Of a stretch of DNA of 64,000 nucleotides, positions 38,501 to 49,462 are shown piece by piece. The translations under genes and the position numbers were made by a program. Below the pieces are notes generated by a model that was not told the DNA's origin, made no database searches, and worked only from the letters and a program-made list of their open reading frames with translations. This DNA comes from Cyanophora paradoxa CCMP329 (Eukaryota; Plantae; Glaucophyta). The DNA lies in the NCBI GenBank assembly GCA_004431415.1, contig QPMI01000629.1:62001-126000 (forward strand), read 5' to 3'. Positions within the stretch are counted from its first letter, which is position 1. Each line of letters opens with the position of its first letter.

Positions 38501-40400
38501 CTCAGTGACGGAGCTCTCGATTAGATGAGGCGAGCGGCGCGGGCAGGGGAAGCAAGGGTACGGACGGAAAGAGCCTGGCCGCTTATGGCCCGCTTGGTCG
38601 ATTCCGGCAACGGCGCCTGTACCCCCTCGACGGCTGCAGGGCTTAATTATAAGCCTGCGGGCTCTCGGCCGCGGTGTAACGAGACGCGGGGAGGGGTGCA
38701 GATCGGGATAAGGGAGGGTACGACGGACCGAGGCTCGCTGCTTATGGCCCGCCTGGTCGATTCCGGCAACGGCGCCTGTACCCCTCGGCGGCGCCCCTGC
38801 TGCGAGCCAGCTGCTACGAGCCGTACGGGCCGTCGAGTGAGCGAGGGCGGAGCGCGCGAGGGCCGGGGCGCGAGAGGGGTACACGGACCGTTGCCGGAAT
38901 CGACCAAGACGCCCCTACTGCGGGCTAGCGCTGCGAGGCGAGACGACCGGCCGCCGAGTGAGCGAGGGCGGGGCGCGCGAGGGCCGGGGACGCGAGGGGG
39001 TACACGGACCGTTGCCGGAATCGACCAAGACGCCCCTACTGCGAGCCAGCTGCTGCGAGACGGACAGGCCGTCGAGTGAGCGAGGGCGGGGCGCGCGAGG
39101 GCCGGGGGCGCGAGGGGGGTACACGGACCGTTGCCGGAATCGACCAAGACGCCTTTACTGCGAGCTTCGGGGGCCGAGCCGCTGAATGAGGGTGGCCCTT
39201 CCCGCGCTGCTGCGGGCCGTGAGCGTGCCGGCGCAGGCACCGAGCGAGCGCGGGCGGCGCTGCGGGGGCGCGCACAAGCTCGGGGTTCAAAGGAAGGGGT
39301 GCAGCGGAAGGCGTTGCAGAACCCGCCCAAAATTCGAAGCGCCGAGGGGAGCACGAGTCAGTGCTCACGGCGGACGGCTTGGCCGCGGGCGGGGTGCATA
39401 GTGGGCGCCACAGCTCGAACTTCGCGCCAGAGAGCTCGTCTGGCCGATACCGACCACGGCGCCTGTACTCCTCGACGGGCCTGACTCAGTGACGGAGCTC
39501 TCGATTAGATGAGGCGAGCGGCGCGGGGCAGGGGAAGCAAGGGTACGGACGGAAAGAGCCTGGCCGCTTATGGCCCGCTTGGTCGATTCCGGCAACGGCG
39601 CCTGTACCCCCTCGACGGCTGCAGGGCTTAATTATAAGCCTGCGGGCTCTCGGCCGCGGTGTAACGAGACGCGGGGGGAGGGGTGCAGATCGGGATAAGG
39701 GAGGGTACGACGGACCGAGGCTCGCTGCTTATGGCCCGCCTGGTCGATTCCGGCAACGGCGCCTGTACCCCCTCGGCGGCGCCCCTGCTGCGAGCCAGCT
39801 GCTACGAGCCGTACGGGCCGTCGAGTGAGCGAGGGCGGAGCGCGCGAGGGCCGGGGGCGCGAGAGGGGTACACGGACCGTTGCCGGAATCGACCAAGACG
39901 CCCCTACTGCGGGCTAGCGCTGCGAGGCGAGACGACCGGCCGCCGAGTGAGCGAGGGCGGGGCGCGCGAGGGCCGGGGACGCGAGGGGGTACACGGACCG
40001 TTGCCGGAATCGACCAAGACGCCCCTACTGCGAGCCAGCTGCTGCGAGACGGACAGGCCGTCGAGTGAGCGAGGGCGGGGCGCGCGAGGGCCGGGGGCGC
40101 GAGGGGGATACACGGACCGTTGCCGGAATCGACCAAGACGCCCCTACTGCGAGCCAGCTGCTGCGAGACGGACAGGCCGCCGAGTGAGCGAGGGCGGGGC
40201 GCGCGAGGGCCGGGGACGCGAGGGGGGTACACGGACCGTTGCCGGAATCGACCAAGACGCCCCTACTGCGAGCCAGCTGCTGCGAGACGGACAGGCCGCC
40301 GAGTGAGCGAGAGCGGGGCGCGCGAGGGCCGGGGACGCGAGGGGGGTACACGGACCGTTGCCGGAATCGACCAAGACGCCCCTACTGCGAGCTGCGGGGT
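32520..40400. repeat. Higher-order satellite: ~1.0-1.1 kb units of oppositely oriented motif-bearing monomers
   Basis: Unit marker gattagatgaggcgagc at 34110, 35219, 36326, 37435, 38519 and 39503. Each unit has GGTCGATTCCGGCAACGGCGCCTGTACCCC copies followed by several GGGGTACACGGACCGTTGCCGGAATCGACC copies ~119 bp apart. Confidence 0.95.
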
Positions 40401-40869
40401 GTACAGGTCTTCGAGTGAGAGGGGGCGGACGCTGACGAGGCGCTAAGGCGGTAGAATGGACGTACCCGTAATCGACCGTGGCGCCTACACTGCGAGCTGC
40501 CTTGAGAGACCGGCCGCCGCGCGCTCTAGATCTGAGTCTGCACGCGCTGGCCATGGCGCAGCGCGTCATGCATGCATTGCACGCACGCGCAGAAGCGTGC
40601 GCATGCAGCTCTGACCCTACGCCTGTCGGGAGTCCGGAGGCTCCCGGGAATCCGGAAGCCGCCGGGAATCCCGGTCTGCGGCGCGGGATTCCCGCGCGCC
40701 TAGCGCTGCCGGGAATCCAAAAGCCTGCCACGTGCACCGGGAACCCCGAAGGCGCTGGGAATCTCGTAAGCGTGAGATATTGCTTTCCGACGGCGCGCGC
40801 CCGCGGCCGAGCAGCCGAGCTCACGCGCGCCCGAGCTCGCGCTCGAGGCGCGGGCGCGGCGGGCATCTA

Positions 40870-41142
40870 AGAGCGAGGGGACGGTGGTCAGCGCATGCCA
40901 CAAGCTCTAATGGGATCTTATTTACCGCTTGGAGGGCCGAGGAGCCCGTTGCTGAGAGAGTCAAAGTCGATGGTGCGCCGGCACACCATCGAAACGTTGC
41001 AAACTGGCCAGGGGGGAGCGGTGGGGGGGAGGGAGTAGGGGGGGTGGAACTGGAGCCACGTTGTCGCTACAACGTGGGTCAGATCTCAAGCCTGCGATCA
41101 GAATTTGAGGAACCAGAAGTTGCGAAACTACTACTACTACTA
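40870..41142 (+). mobile_element. Possible 3' end of a non-LTR retroelement with (CTA)5 tail
   Basis: Abruptly lower-GC segment ending gaagttgcgaaa(cta)5 at 41128-41142. Confidence 0.3.
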
Positions 41143-41727
41143 GGCTAGCCAAGGCGGCATGTAGGCGGCCTTGTTGCAATTGCCGCATGCGCATGCGCAG
41201 TGCGCCTTAGCTATAGAGCAATTACAACTACACGTGCACGTAGCCTAGCTATAGTAGCTTCGCCTAGTAGGGTAGTATGATCGATACGCGATATATGCCA
41301 TACCGGACGTACCCCCCGTGAAGTAGGGGTTAGATGAATTAATGGACCCGCACTAACACCGCGCAAGACGTCGGGGGGGCCCCTTCTAGCCCCTGGTATT
41401 TTTAGTGCGGCATAATGACCCGGTCCTGGGACCCTCGATCACGACTTCCGGGGGAGCCCCTTCCCTAGGAGAGGGGGGAAAGACGCGAGCAAGCGAGCCG
41501 GCGACGCCGGATTCGTGCACTACGCTCCCGGCTGCGCTAGTAGCGCGCTTGCAGCCGGCAGCGGGCGAGCCGGTGCGGCGGTGGGGCGAGATCAAATCGA
41601 GAGCGACTCCTGATCACCGAATCGGTGACTCACGAGTCGCTATGGGGGGGGGGTACAGCTAGCCGTTGGCGCGGGGGCCCCGGCGGGCGCCCTTAAAGAG
41701 ATCCCGGGAGCGGCTCGAGGCTCGGGG

Positions 41728-44700
41728 ATGGCAGAGGGGCGCGCGGGAACGCCCGTGGGATGTTCTCCGTGGTGACAGACACCTACGAGAGGGCCGAGTT
41801 CCAGGGGCCCTACGGGTGGACGGGCCTGGTCGTGCTCCGCACCGACGCGGGGCCGAGCGTCTGCGTACCCGAGCTCAGGCGCCTCATCGCGTTCACGGGG
41901 GGCGACGCGCGCCTCGGGGAGACCTTTGGGGTCCCGACGCGGCCGCTGCGGGATGAGAACACGATCCTCCTCCTGGAGCACCTCGCCGCCCTCCCCCGCA
42001 AGCACTACGACGCGCAGGAGCGCCCGCCGCACGTCCTCGCCCTGCGCTACGTCGAGACGGTCATAGGCAACTCGTGGGAGCGCTCGCAGGACGTGCGCAT
42101 GCCCCGGGCGGCGGCGGAGCTCTATGCGGCGCTGGAGAGGAGAAAGCAGGGCACCTTGCAGCGGCTCGAGATGCAGTTGATTCGGACCGGCGGCGATCGG
42201 CTCCTGGCCGTCCGGGCGCGGCGGATCGAGACGCCGGAGCTGCAGTGGTGGATCCCGCTCGCGAGCCTCGCCGAGGCGGCGTACGGCGACTCGCGCAGCA
42301 CGAACTGCGTGCGCCAGGAGATCGTGAGGAAGCACCCCGACCTCGCGGTGGGCGGGCCTCACCGGTTCGAGGCGAGCACGCGGACGGTGGGGCGCGAGCG
42401 GCTCGCCCTCCTGACCCGCACCCTCGTCCACTACGGCGGCCTGGGCGCTGACGTGGCGACGTACGGCTCCGCGCGCCGCTGGGCGTTTATCAGCGCGCTG
42501 GGTGCGAAAAGGTGCTGGCGGGGCTGCCGGACCGGGCCCCCGGGCTCGCCGCCGAGTTTAAACGAGCGCGGCTCCTCCTGGAGGGGGCCGACCCCGCGAC
42601 GCTCGACTCGGCCCCGTCGCTGCCGCTCGCCCCGGCCCCGCGCGTCTCCATCTTCGGACGCAAGACCTGGCTAAAGGTGAGCGGGGCCTCGGCGAGGTGG
42701 GGGGTAGGGAGGCGGGGAAGGGGGGGGGAGGGAGGGGGGGGGTACCGACCACGCCGCAGGACGCCGAGATCGCCAACGTCCTCTCGCTCCTGCTCCTCCG
42801 GGCGCACGCGGGGGACAAGGTCAGGGCCCTGTACCCATGCACGTCGAGATTCTCGCCTCGCTCCTCCGGCGGTACGCGCGCGCCGACGAGGCCAGGCGCG
42901 CGCGGGAGCCCTTGGCGCCGCCGAGCGCGGCGCCTGCGTGCTCTGCCCGTCAGCGTGGGCAACCTGCGGCGCGGCGGGGAGCGCACAAAGGGATGGGCCT
43001 CGGGCGCCACTGGACCCTCCTCGCCGTCGACGGGAGCGCGAAGCGCGTGGGGTACTGGGACTCGCTCGGCGCGGACCCCGAGCCGAAGCTGCAGCACGCG
43101 GCGATGGCGGCCTTTCCGCGCTTCCCGTTCGTCGTCCAGACGGGCGGCCGCCTGCAGGTGGGGACGGGTATCAGTGTGCGCGCTCGCCCGCCCCCCTCCT
43201 CCGGCCCCCTCCCCCGCGCGCCCGCGCCCCCCCTCACCTCGCCGCCGCCGCCGCCGCCGCCGCAGGCGGGCCGTGGACCCTCTGGTTCGCCGAGGTGAAG
43301 ACGCAAGAGGTGCTCACGGGCTTTCCCTGGTCCGACGAGATCGAGAGCGGGTGCCTCTCGTACGTGTACCCTGGCGAGGCTATCTCGTCGGCGATCGCGG
43401 CGGAGAACGGGCGGTTCATCGCGGAGAAGCGCGAGGCGTACCGGACGATGCTGGAGAGCGGCGTCGTCGACCAGGCCGTGGCGCTCTTCGACGAAGACTC
43501 GCTGCCGGACGCGGAGCGCGTCGTCCTCCCGCCGTCCCCGCCACGGCCGCCGCGGCGGCGGCGGCGGCCGCCGCCGCCGCCAAGTCCGTTCGAAAGGCCG
43601 GCAAGGCCGCGGCCGCGGCGGCGGCGGGGGGGCCCTCCATCACCGTCCTCTCCTCGTCCTCGTCCTCGCCGTCCTCCGAGGACGGCGGAGAGGGAGACGA
43701 GGACGGGGAAGAATCCGAGGGGCGCGCCGACGGGGACGGGGCCGACGCGCCGGCGGGGACAGAGGAGGCCCTCGCCGAAGAGGTGCACGAAGATGGGGAG
43801 CCGGGGCCGAGCGGCTCGCGCCCTACGCCCTGCGCGAGTCGGAGATGTCACGGGAGCTGAGGAACCAGCTCGCGGCGTTTCAGACGTGGCGCACCTCGGC
43901 CCTCAACCCCGACCGCCAGGGCGGCGCCGCCGAGCGCTCGACGGTCCTCGTCAACGACGTCGGCACGATCTGCCGCCTGCTGGGGTACGTCAAGGAGCGC
44001 GAACAGGTCGGGCCGCTCACGATGGACCTCTTCGCGCGCACCGATTTCGAGGAGATCTACCTCCGCTTCCTCGGCTACCTCCGCTCCGAGCGCAGGCTCG
44101 CGGCCGGCACCCTCGCGGGGTACACGCAGAGCGTGATGCAGGCCTACGCGTTCGTTCACAGCCGAACCGCCGGGGCCGAGGCGGGGGCCGATCGAGAGGG
44201 TCCGCACGCCCGCCCGCTCCGGAACCTGAAGACGCAGTTGGAGAAGGAGAAGAAGCAGCAGCGGGGGTGGAAGAAGCGCGGACCGAACTGGGTCTCGTTC
44301 GAGGCCGTCCTCTCGGCGCGGCGCGAGGCCCTCGAGGCGTTCGAGGCGGCGCCGCTCGAGCGGGACAGGGCCCTCGCCCTCCGCGAGGCCGTGCTCATCG
44401 GGTTCCTGAGCATCACGCCGGCCCGCGTGGGGGTCGTGCGGCGCCTGCAGATCGGTCAGACGCTGCGGCGCGACGGCGGCGCGTGGGCGATCTCGCTCAC
44501 CGAGATGCGGCACGAATCGGGGGAGCTGGTGTCGAAGACGGCCAAGTCGCACGGCGCGATCACGGTCCCCATCGCCAGCCCGCTCCAGGCCCCCCTCGAG
44601 ACCTACGTGGAGCGCTACCGCGGCCTCCTGCTGCCCGCCGGGCGCGCCGACGAGGGCTGGCTCTTCGCCTCGAGCAACGGCACCTGCCTCTCGGAGAGCG

Positions 44701-45572
44701 GGTGGGCCGTCTTCGTGCGCAGGGTGATGCTCAAGTACGTGGGCCTCCCGATCACTGCGAAGACGATGCGGGCGATCATCACGACGCACGTGCGGGAGCA
44801 GGCGGCGGCGAACCTGATCGAGAACGAGACCGCGGCGGCCGTCGTCGAGGGCGTCGCCCGCCTCCTCGCCCACACGCCCCAGACGGCGACCCTGCACTAC
44901 GATTACGGGGCGCGCCAGCGCTCGGCGGCGAGCGCCGTGGCGTACCTCGAGCGCCTCGCCCTCCAGCACGAGGCGCGGTCCAGGGGCTCGGCGTCGAGCC
45001 CCACGGGCCTCCCGGGCGCCTCGTCGTCGGCGCCCCCGCCGCCCCCGCCGCCGCTGCCGCCGCCGCCGCCCTCCCTCCCCTGGAGGCCCTTCCCGAGCCG
45101 CCTCCAGATCCCGACCCCGCGCAGCACCCTCCTCCTCTTCCTCCTCCTCCTCGCGATCCGCGCGCGCAGAGGGCCCGGCGCCGTCGCCCGCCGTTGCGGC
45201 GCGGCCGGCCCGCGGCGCGGCCGCCGGGGGGAAGGAGAGCGGGGCGAGGGCCGGGCCGGGGAGCGCCGGGAGCTCGGGGTCGGCCCGGGCCGCCCAGGAG
45301 AGCACCGAGACGAGTTCGGGGTCGCAAGAGGAGGAGGCGGAAGAGGAGGAGGAGGAGGAGGAGGAAGAGGAGGAGGGGAGGAGAGCGGGTCGTCCGCCGA
45401 GCGGCCCCGGAAACCGAAGCGCTTCCACTGGCAGCGCCGCCGCCTCGACCCGGGGACCAGATGGAGCTGGACTCGCCCGGGGCGAGGGCCGCTACTGCGA
45501 GACTGCAAGCGGGTAAGGAACTCCCGCCCGCGACCCCCGAGCACGCGCGCCGCGCACCCTCACCGACTGTAG
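41728..45572 (+). CDS. Bro-N-like / Ulp1-type cysteine protease / tyrosine recombinase fusion protein (2 introns; several 1-bp homopolymer frameshifts)
   Basis: Bro-N-like: VRARR..QWWIPLASLAEAAYG...WAFISALGAKRVL..LAAEFKR. Ulp1: WLK|DAEIAN across intron 42677-42759, LPV..GRHWTLLAVD (His 43008), YWDSLG (Asp 43059), Q-x-G-D-G-Y-Q-C-G-P-W with the Cys codon split T|GC by intron 43176-43265. An acidic linker follows. YR: YALRESEMSRELRNQL, TPAR (Arg 44424), SKTAKSHG (Lys 44535), KTMR (44760-44771), LAHTPQTATLHY (His 44871, Tyr 44898). Start (41728 or 41760) and stop are approximate. Confidence 0.8.
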
Positions 45573-45811
45573 ATCTTCCAGACGGCCGGGGGCCCGCCAG
45601 CACGCCCGGAGCTGTTCCGGCGGGGCGAGCCGCACGCGGGAGAGGCGGGGAGGGGCGCGGGGCACGGGCGAGGGCGCGGGCGGGTGCGGGTCGCCCGCGG
45701 CCCTCCCGCCCCGTGCACGTCGCGCAGCCGGCTTCCGAGGGGCCCCGCCTCCGACCTGGCACCTTCGGTGGGTCAGCGCGAGCCCGTACCCCCGGGCAGG
45801 TCGCGGCGGCG

Positions 45812-46400
45812 ATGGCGACGCACTCGACGGACCCGCTCCGCGGACGGTCTTTGCTCGGCTCGTCCAGACCGTGCGCCTCCCAGCGGCGAGTTCGAGTCCC
45901 GCTGGGTCGTGCTGCGGCGCTTCGGGCCTTCTGGACGCCGGGCTCCGAGGGCAGCGCGCGCGAGTGGAGGGGGTACGGGCGCTCGCGCCCGTCGACTACG
46001 ACGCGAGAAACGGAGCGTGGACATCAGGACGCCCGCCGCCCGCATCTCCGACCTCCTCGGGCTCGGCTCCGGCACGCGGCGCCGTCGCCGCCGCCTCCGC
46101 GGTCCGGGGCGGGAGCCCGGGGCGAGGGAGGGGCCTTTCGGCCGCGGGCCGGCCCCGGAAGCGCCCGGGTACCTGACTCGGGGGGTCGGTTCGGGCCCCA
46201 GCGCCCCAGGCTTGCGGACGCAGCCGGCGCGGTGCGCACCATCGGATCCGCCGTGCTCGAGAGGGGCGGGCAAAACTCCAACGGGTCCTGGGGCGAAGGT
46301 CGGCTCCGGAGGGGAGGGGGGGTACGGGTACTTTGTGCGCACCCCCACGGCGTGCCGCACCTCGTTCGATCGGGAATGACAAGGAGAGTGCGGAGAGGCG
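45812..46400 (+). CDS. Frameshifted hypothetical coding segment downstream of the recombinase
   Basis: Restoring single bases gives RTVFARLVQTVRLPSGEFESRWVVLRRFGAFWTPGSEG..GVRALAPVDYD..KRSVDIRTPAARISDLLGLG with high GC3. Confidence 0.3.
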
Positions 46401-47620
46401 GTCGGCGGGCCTCGGGGTGCCGGGGTCGAGGGGTAGATCGAAAAAACTGCGCGGGGCCGGTCTCGGGACGGGATGGGCGGCAGCGCGGGGCCGGAGGGCG
46501 AGCTTAAAGCGCACCGACGGTGCTGGGCACAACCGGAGCGCCCCGACCCGCGATCGGGCGCGGTCGGGGGATGATGGAGCCCGCCGATCCTCCGTGCCTG
46601 CCCGAACCGACGGACCGCCGCCCGCAGAGGCTCTGCGCCCCTCCCGCGCGTTCTCCGCCCCCGCGACCGGATCCAAAGCGCCAGAAGCGCGCGCCGTGGC
46701 GGAGCAGGGGCCCGCGCTGAGCGGCGGGCGGGCGGCTGCGGCGCCGCCGCGGGGCGCCTGGTCGGGGAGGCGGCTGCGACTCCTGCGAGCCATGTCAGAG
46801 CGTAGCGGGGTGGAATCGGTGCCGAAATCGCACGCGGGCACGCCTCGTCCTCGGGAACGCGTGGGGAGCAGTCGGATGGCGCGGTCGAGCGGGCTGCGAC
46901 GGATCGAGGAGCACGTGGGCGCGAGGGAAGAGCGATCGGGATGGATCGGGGCGCGAGGCGCCGCCGGCCGCTCGCTGTGCGCCGATCGGTGCGCTCGGGG
47001 GTTGGGGCGCCGGGAACAGCACGGTCGAAGCACTCGAATGTGGACGAGCAGGCCGGCCGCGTCCGCAGCAAACACGAATCTCGCCGCGAGAGCTCCCGGG
47101 GGTACGCGGCAGCGGGCGGGGTACAAGGGGATCGTGCTATGCCCGGTCCGCCTGTAGTGTGCGTAAAGCTTAAGGCCGACGAACCCACAAAGTACGATTG
47201 GCCGGCCGTCGAGGCACCTCGGAGCCGAGCCGTCACGAGGTCCGCGCAGCCGCACGCCCGGACGTGCTCTATCGCCCCCGATCCGCCGCGCATCGTTGAA
47301 CGGTCCGCCAGGGGAGCGCCTCGACCGCCTGCGCGGCTCCGCCTCGCCGCGGCGGTTATCGTTGCGAGGTGAGCGGCGCGGGACGCGCCGTCGCGACTTT
47401 GGGAGCTCGAGACGCGACGGTCGTTGGTTGAATGTCCCGTCTTCCCGCAGGAACGGCACTCGCCCCGCCCGCGGGCGCCCCGACCCTGATCACTCGTGCT
47501 GGCCATGGCGCGTGCGCGCGCCGCGAGCGCGCCCGTCGCCGGCCCGTCCGCCTCGCGACTCGGCTCGCGTTTGTCCCACGACCCCTCGCACTCCGTTTGC
47601 CGAGCGCCGCTGCAGAGGTT

Positions 47621-49447
47621 CTCGCGCCCGTACGCGTGCGGCGGGGCCCTGAGGGGCGCGCGGCGAGTTTCCAGCGGGGTCCAGATTTGGAGGCGGGGTA
47701 CGGGACCGCCCTTCTCCTCGCCCGCCCTCGGCTTCTCACGCCCGTGCAGCGGGGCCCTGAGGGGGGCGCGGCGAATTTCCAGCGGGGGAGGGTCGGGTCT
47801 GGAGACGGGTACGGGATTCCCCTTCTCTCCCTCGCCCACGGCTTCTCACGCCCGTGCAGCGGGGCCCTGAGGGAGGCGCGGCGAGTTTCCAGCGGGGGAG
47901 GGTCGGGTCTGGAGACGGGTACGGGACCGCCCTTCTCCTCGCTCGCCCTCGGCTTCTCACGCCCGTGCAGCGGGGCCCTGAGGGGCGCGGGGCGAGTTTC
48001 CAGCGGGGGAGGGTCGGGTCTGGAGACGGGGTACGGGATTCCCCTTCTCGCGCTCGCCCTCGGCCTCTCACGTCCGTGCAGCGGGGCCCTGAGGGGGGCC
48101 CTGCGAGTTTCCAGCGGGGAGGGTCGGGTCTGGAGACGGGGTACTGGATTCCCCTTCTCTCGCTCGCCCTCGGCTTCTCACGCCCGTGCAGCGGGGCCCT
48201 GAGGGGCGCGCGGCGAGTTTCCAGCGGGGGAGGGTCGGGTCTGGAGACGGGGTACGGGATTCCCCTTCTCTCGCTCGCCCTCGGCTTCTCACGTTCGTGC
48301 AGCGGGGCCCTGAGGGGGGCGCGGGGCGAGTTTCCAGCGGGGGAGGGTCGGGTCTGGGGACGGGGTACGGGATTCCCCTTCTCTCACTCGCCCTCGGCTT
48401 CTCACGTCCGTGCAGCGGGGCCTTGAGGGGCGCGGGGCGAGTTTCCAGCGGGGGAGGGGCGGGTCTGGAGACGGGTACGGGATTCCCCTTCTCTCACTCG
48501 CCCTCGGCTTCTCACGCCCGTGCAGCGGGGCCCTGAGGGGGGCGCGGCGAGTTTCCAGCGGGGGAGGGTCGGGTCTGGAGACGGGGTGCGGGATTCCCTT
48601 CTCTTTCTCGCCCTCGGCTTCTCACGTCCGTGCAGCGGGGCCCTGAGGGGCGCGGGGCGAGTTTCCAGCGGGGGAGGGTCGGGTCTGGAGACGGGGTACG
48701 GGATTCCCCTTCTCTCCCTCGCCCTCGGCTTCTCACGCCCGTGCAGCGGGGCCCTGACTGGGGCGCGGCGAGTTTCCAGCGGGGGAGGGTCGGGTCTGGG
48801 GACGGGGTACGGGACCGCCCTTCTCCTCGCTCGCCCTCGGCTTCTCACGCCCGTGCAGCGGGGCCCTGAGGGGGGCGCGGCGAGTTTCCAGCGGGGGAGG
48901 GTCGGGTCTGGAGACGGGGTACGGGACCGCCCTTCTCCTCGCTCGCCCTCGGCTTCTCACGCCCGTGCAGCGGGGCCCTGAGGGGGGCGCGGCGAGTTTC
49001 CAGCGGGGGAGGGTCGGGTCTGGAGACGGGGTACGGGACCGCCCTTCTCTCCCTCGCCCTCGGCTTCTCACGCCCGTGCAGCGGGGCCCTGAGGGGGGCG
49101 CGGCGAGTTTCCAGCGGGGTCCGGGTCTGGAGGCGGGGTACGGGACCGCCCTTCTCCTCGCTCGCCCTCGGCTTCTCACGCCCGTGCAGCGGGGCCCTGA
49201 GGGGGGCGCGGCGAGTTTCCAGCGGGGGAGGGTCGGGTCTGGAGACGGGGTACGGGACCGCCCTTCTCCTCTCCCGCCCTCGGCTTCTCACGCCCGTGCA
49301 GCGGGGCCCTGAGGGGGGCGCGGCGAGTTTCCAGCGGGGGAGGGGCGGGTCTGGAGATGGGGTACGGGATTCCCCTTCTCTCCCTCGCCCTCGGCTTCTC
49401 ACGCCCGTGCAGCGGGGCCCTGAGGGGGGCGCGGCGAGTTTCCAGCG
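47621..49447. repeat. Minisatellite, ~111-bp unit, 17 copies
   Basis: cggcttctcacgcccgtgcagcggggccctgagggg..gcggcgagtttccagcgggggagggtcgggtctggagacggggtacggga repeated. Confidence 0.95.
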
Positions 49448-49462
49448 GCCTCCTCGTACCTT

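Noticed and set aside
32393-40446. Numerous ORFs within the satellite arrays (also 11.4-12.5, 21-25.7, 47.4-50.6 and 63-64 kb)
   Set aside because: They are by-products of GC-rich repeats: open in many frames, with no domain signal, and unit lengths do not preserve frame.
42512-46507. 1331-aa ORF as a real protein
   Set aside because: It is mostly an Arg/Pro-rich shadow frame. Only short parts (before intron 1 and after intron 2) belong to the spliced fusion gene.
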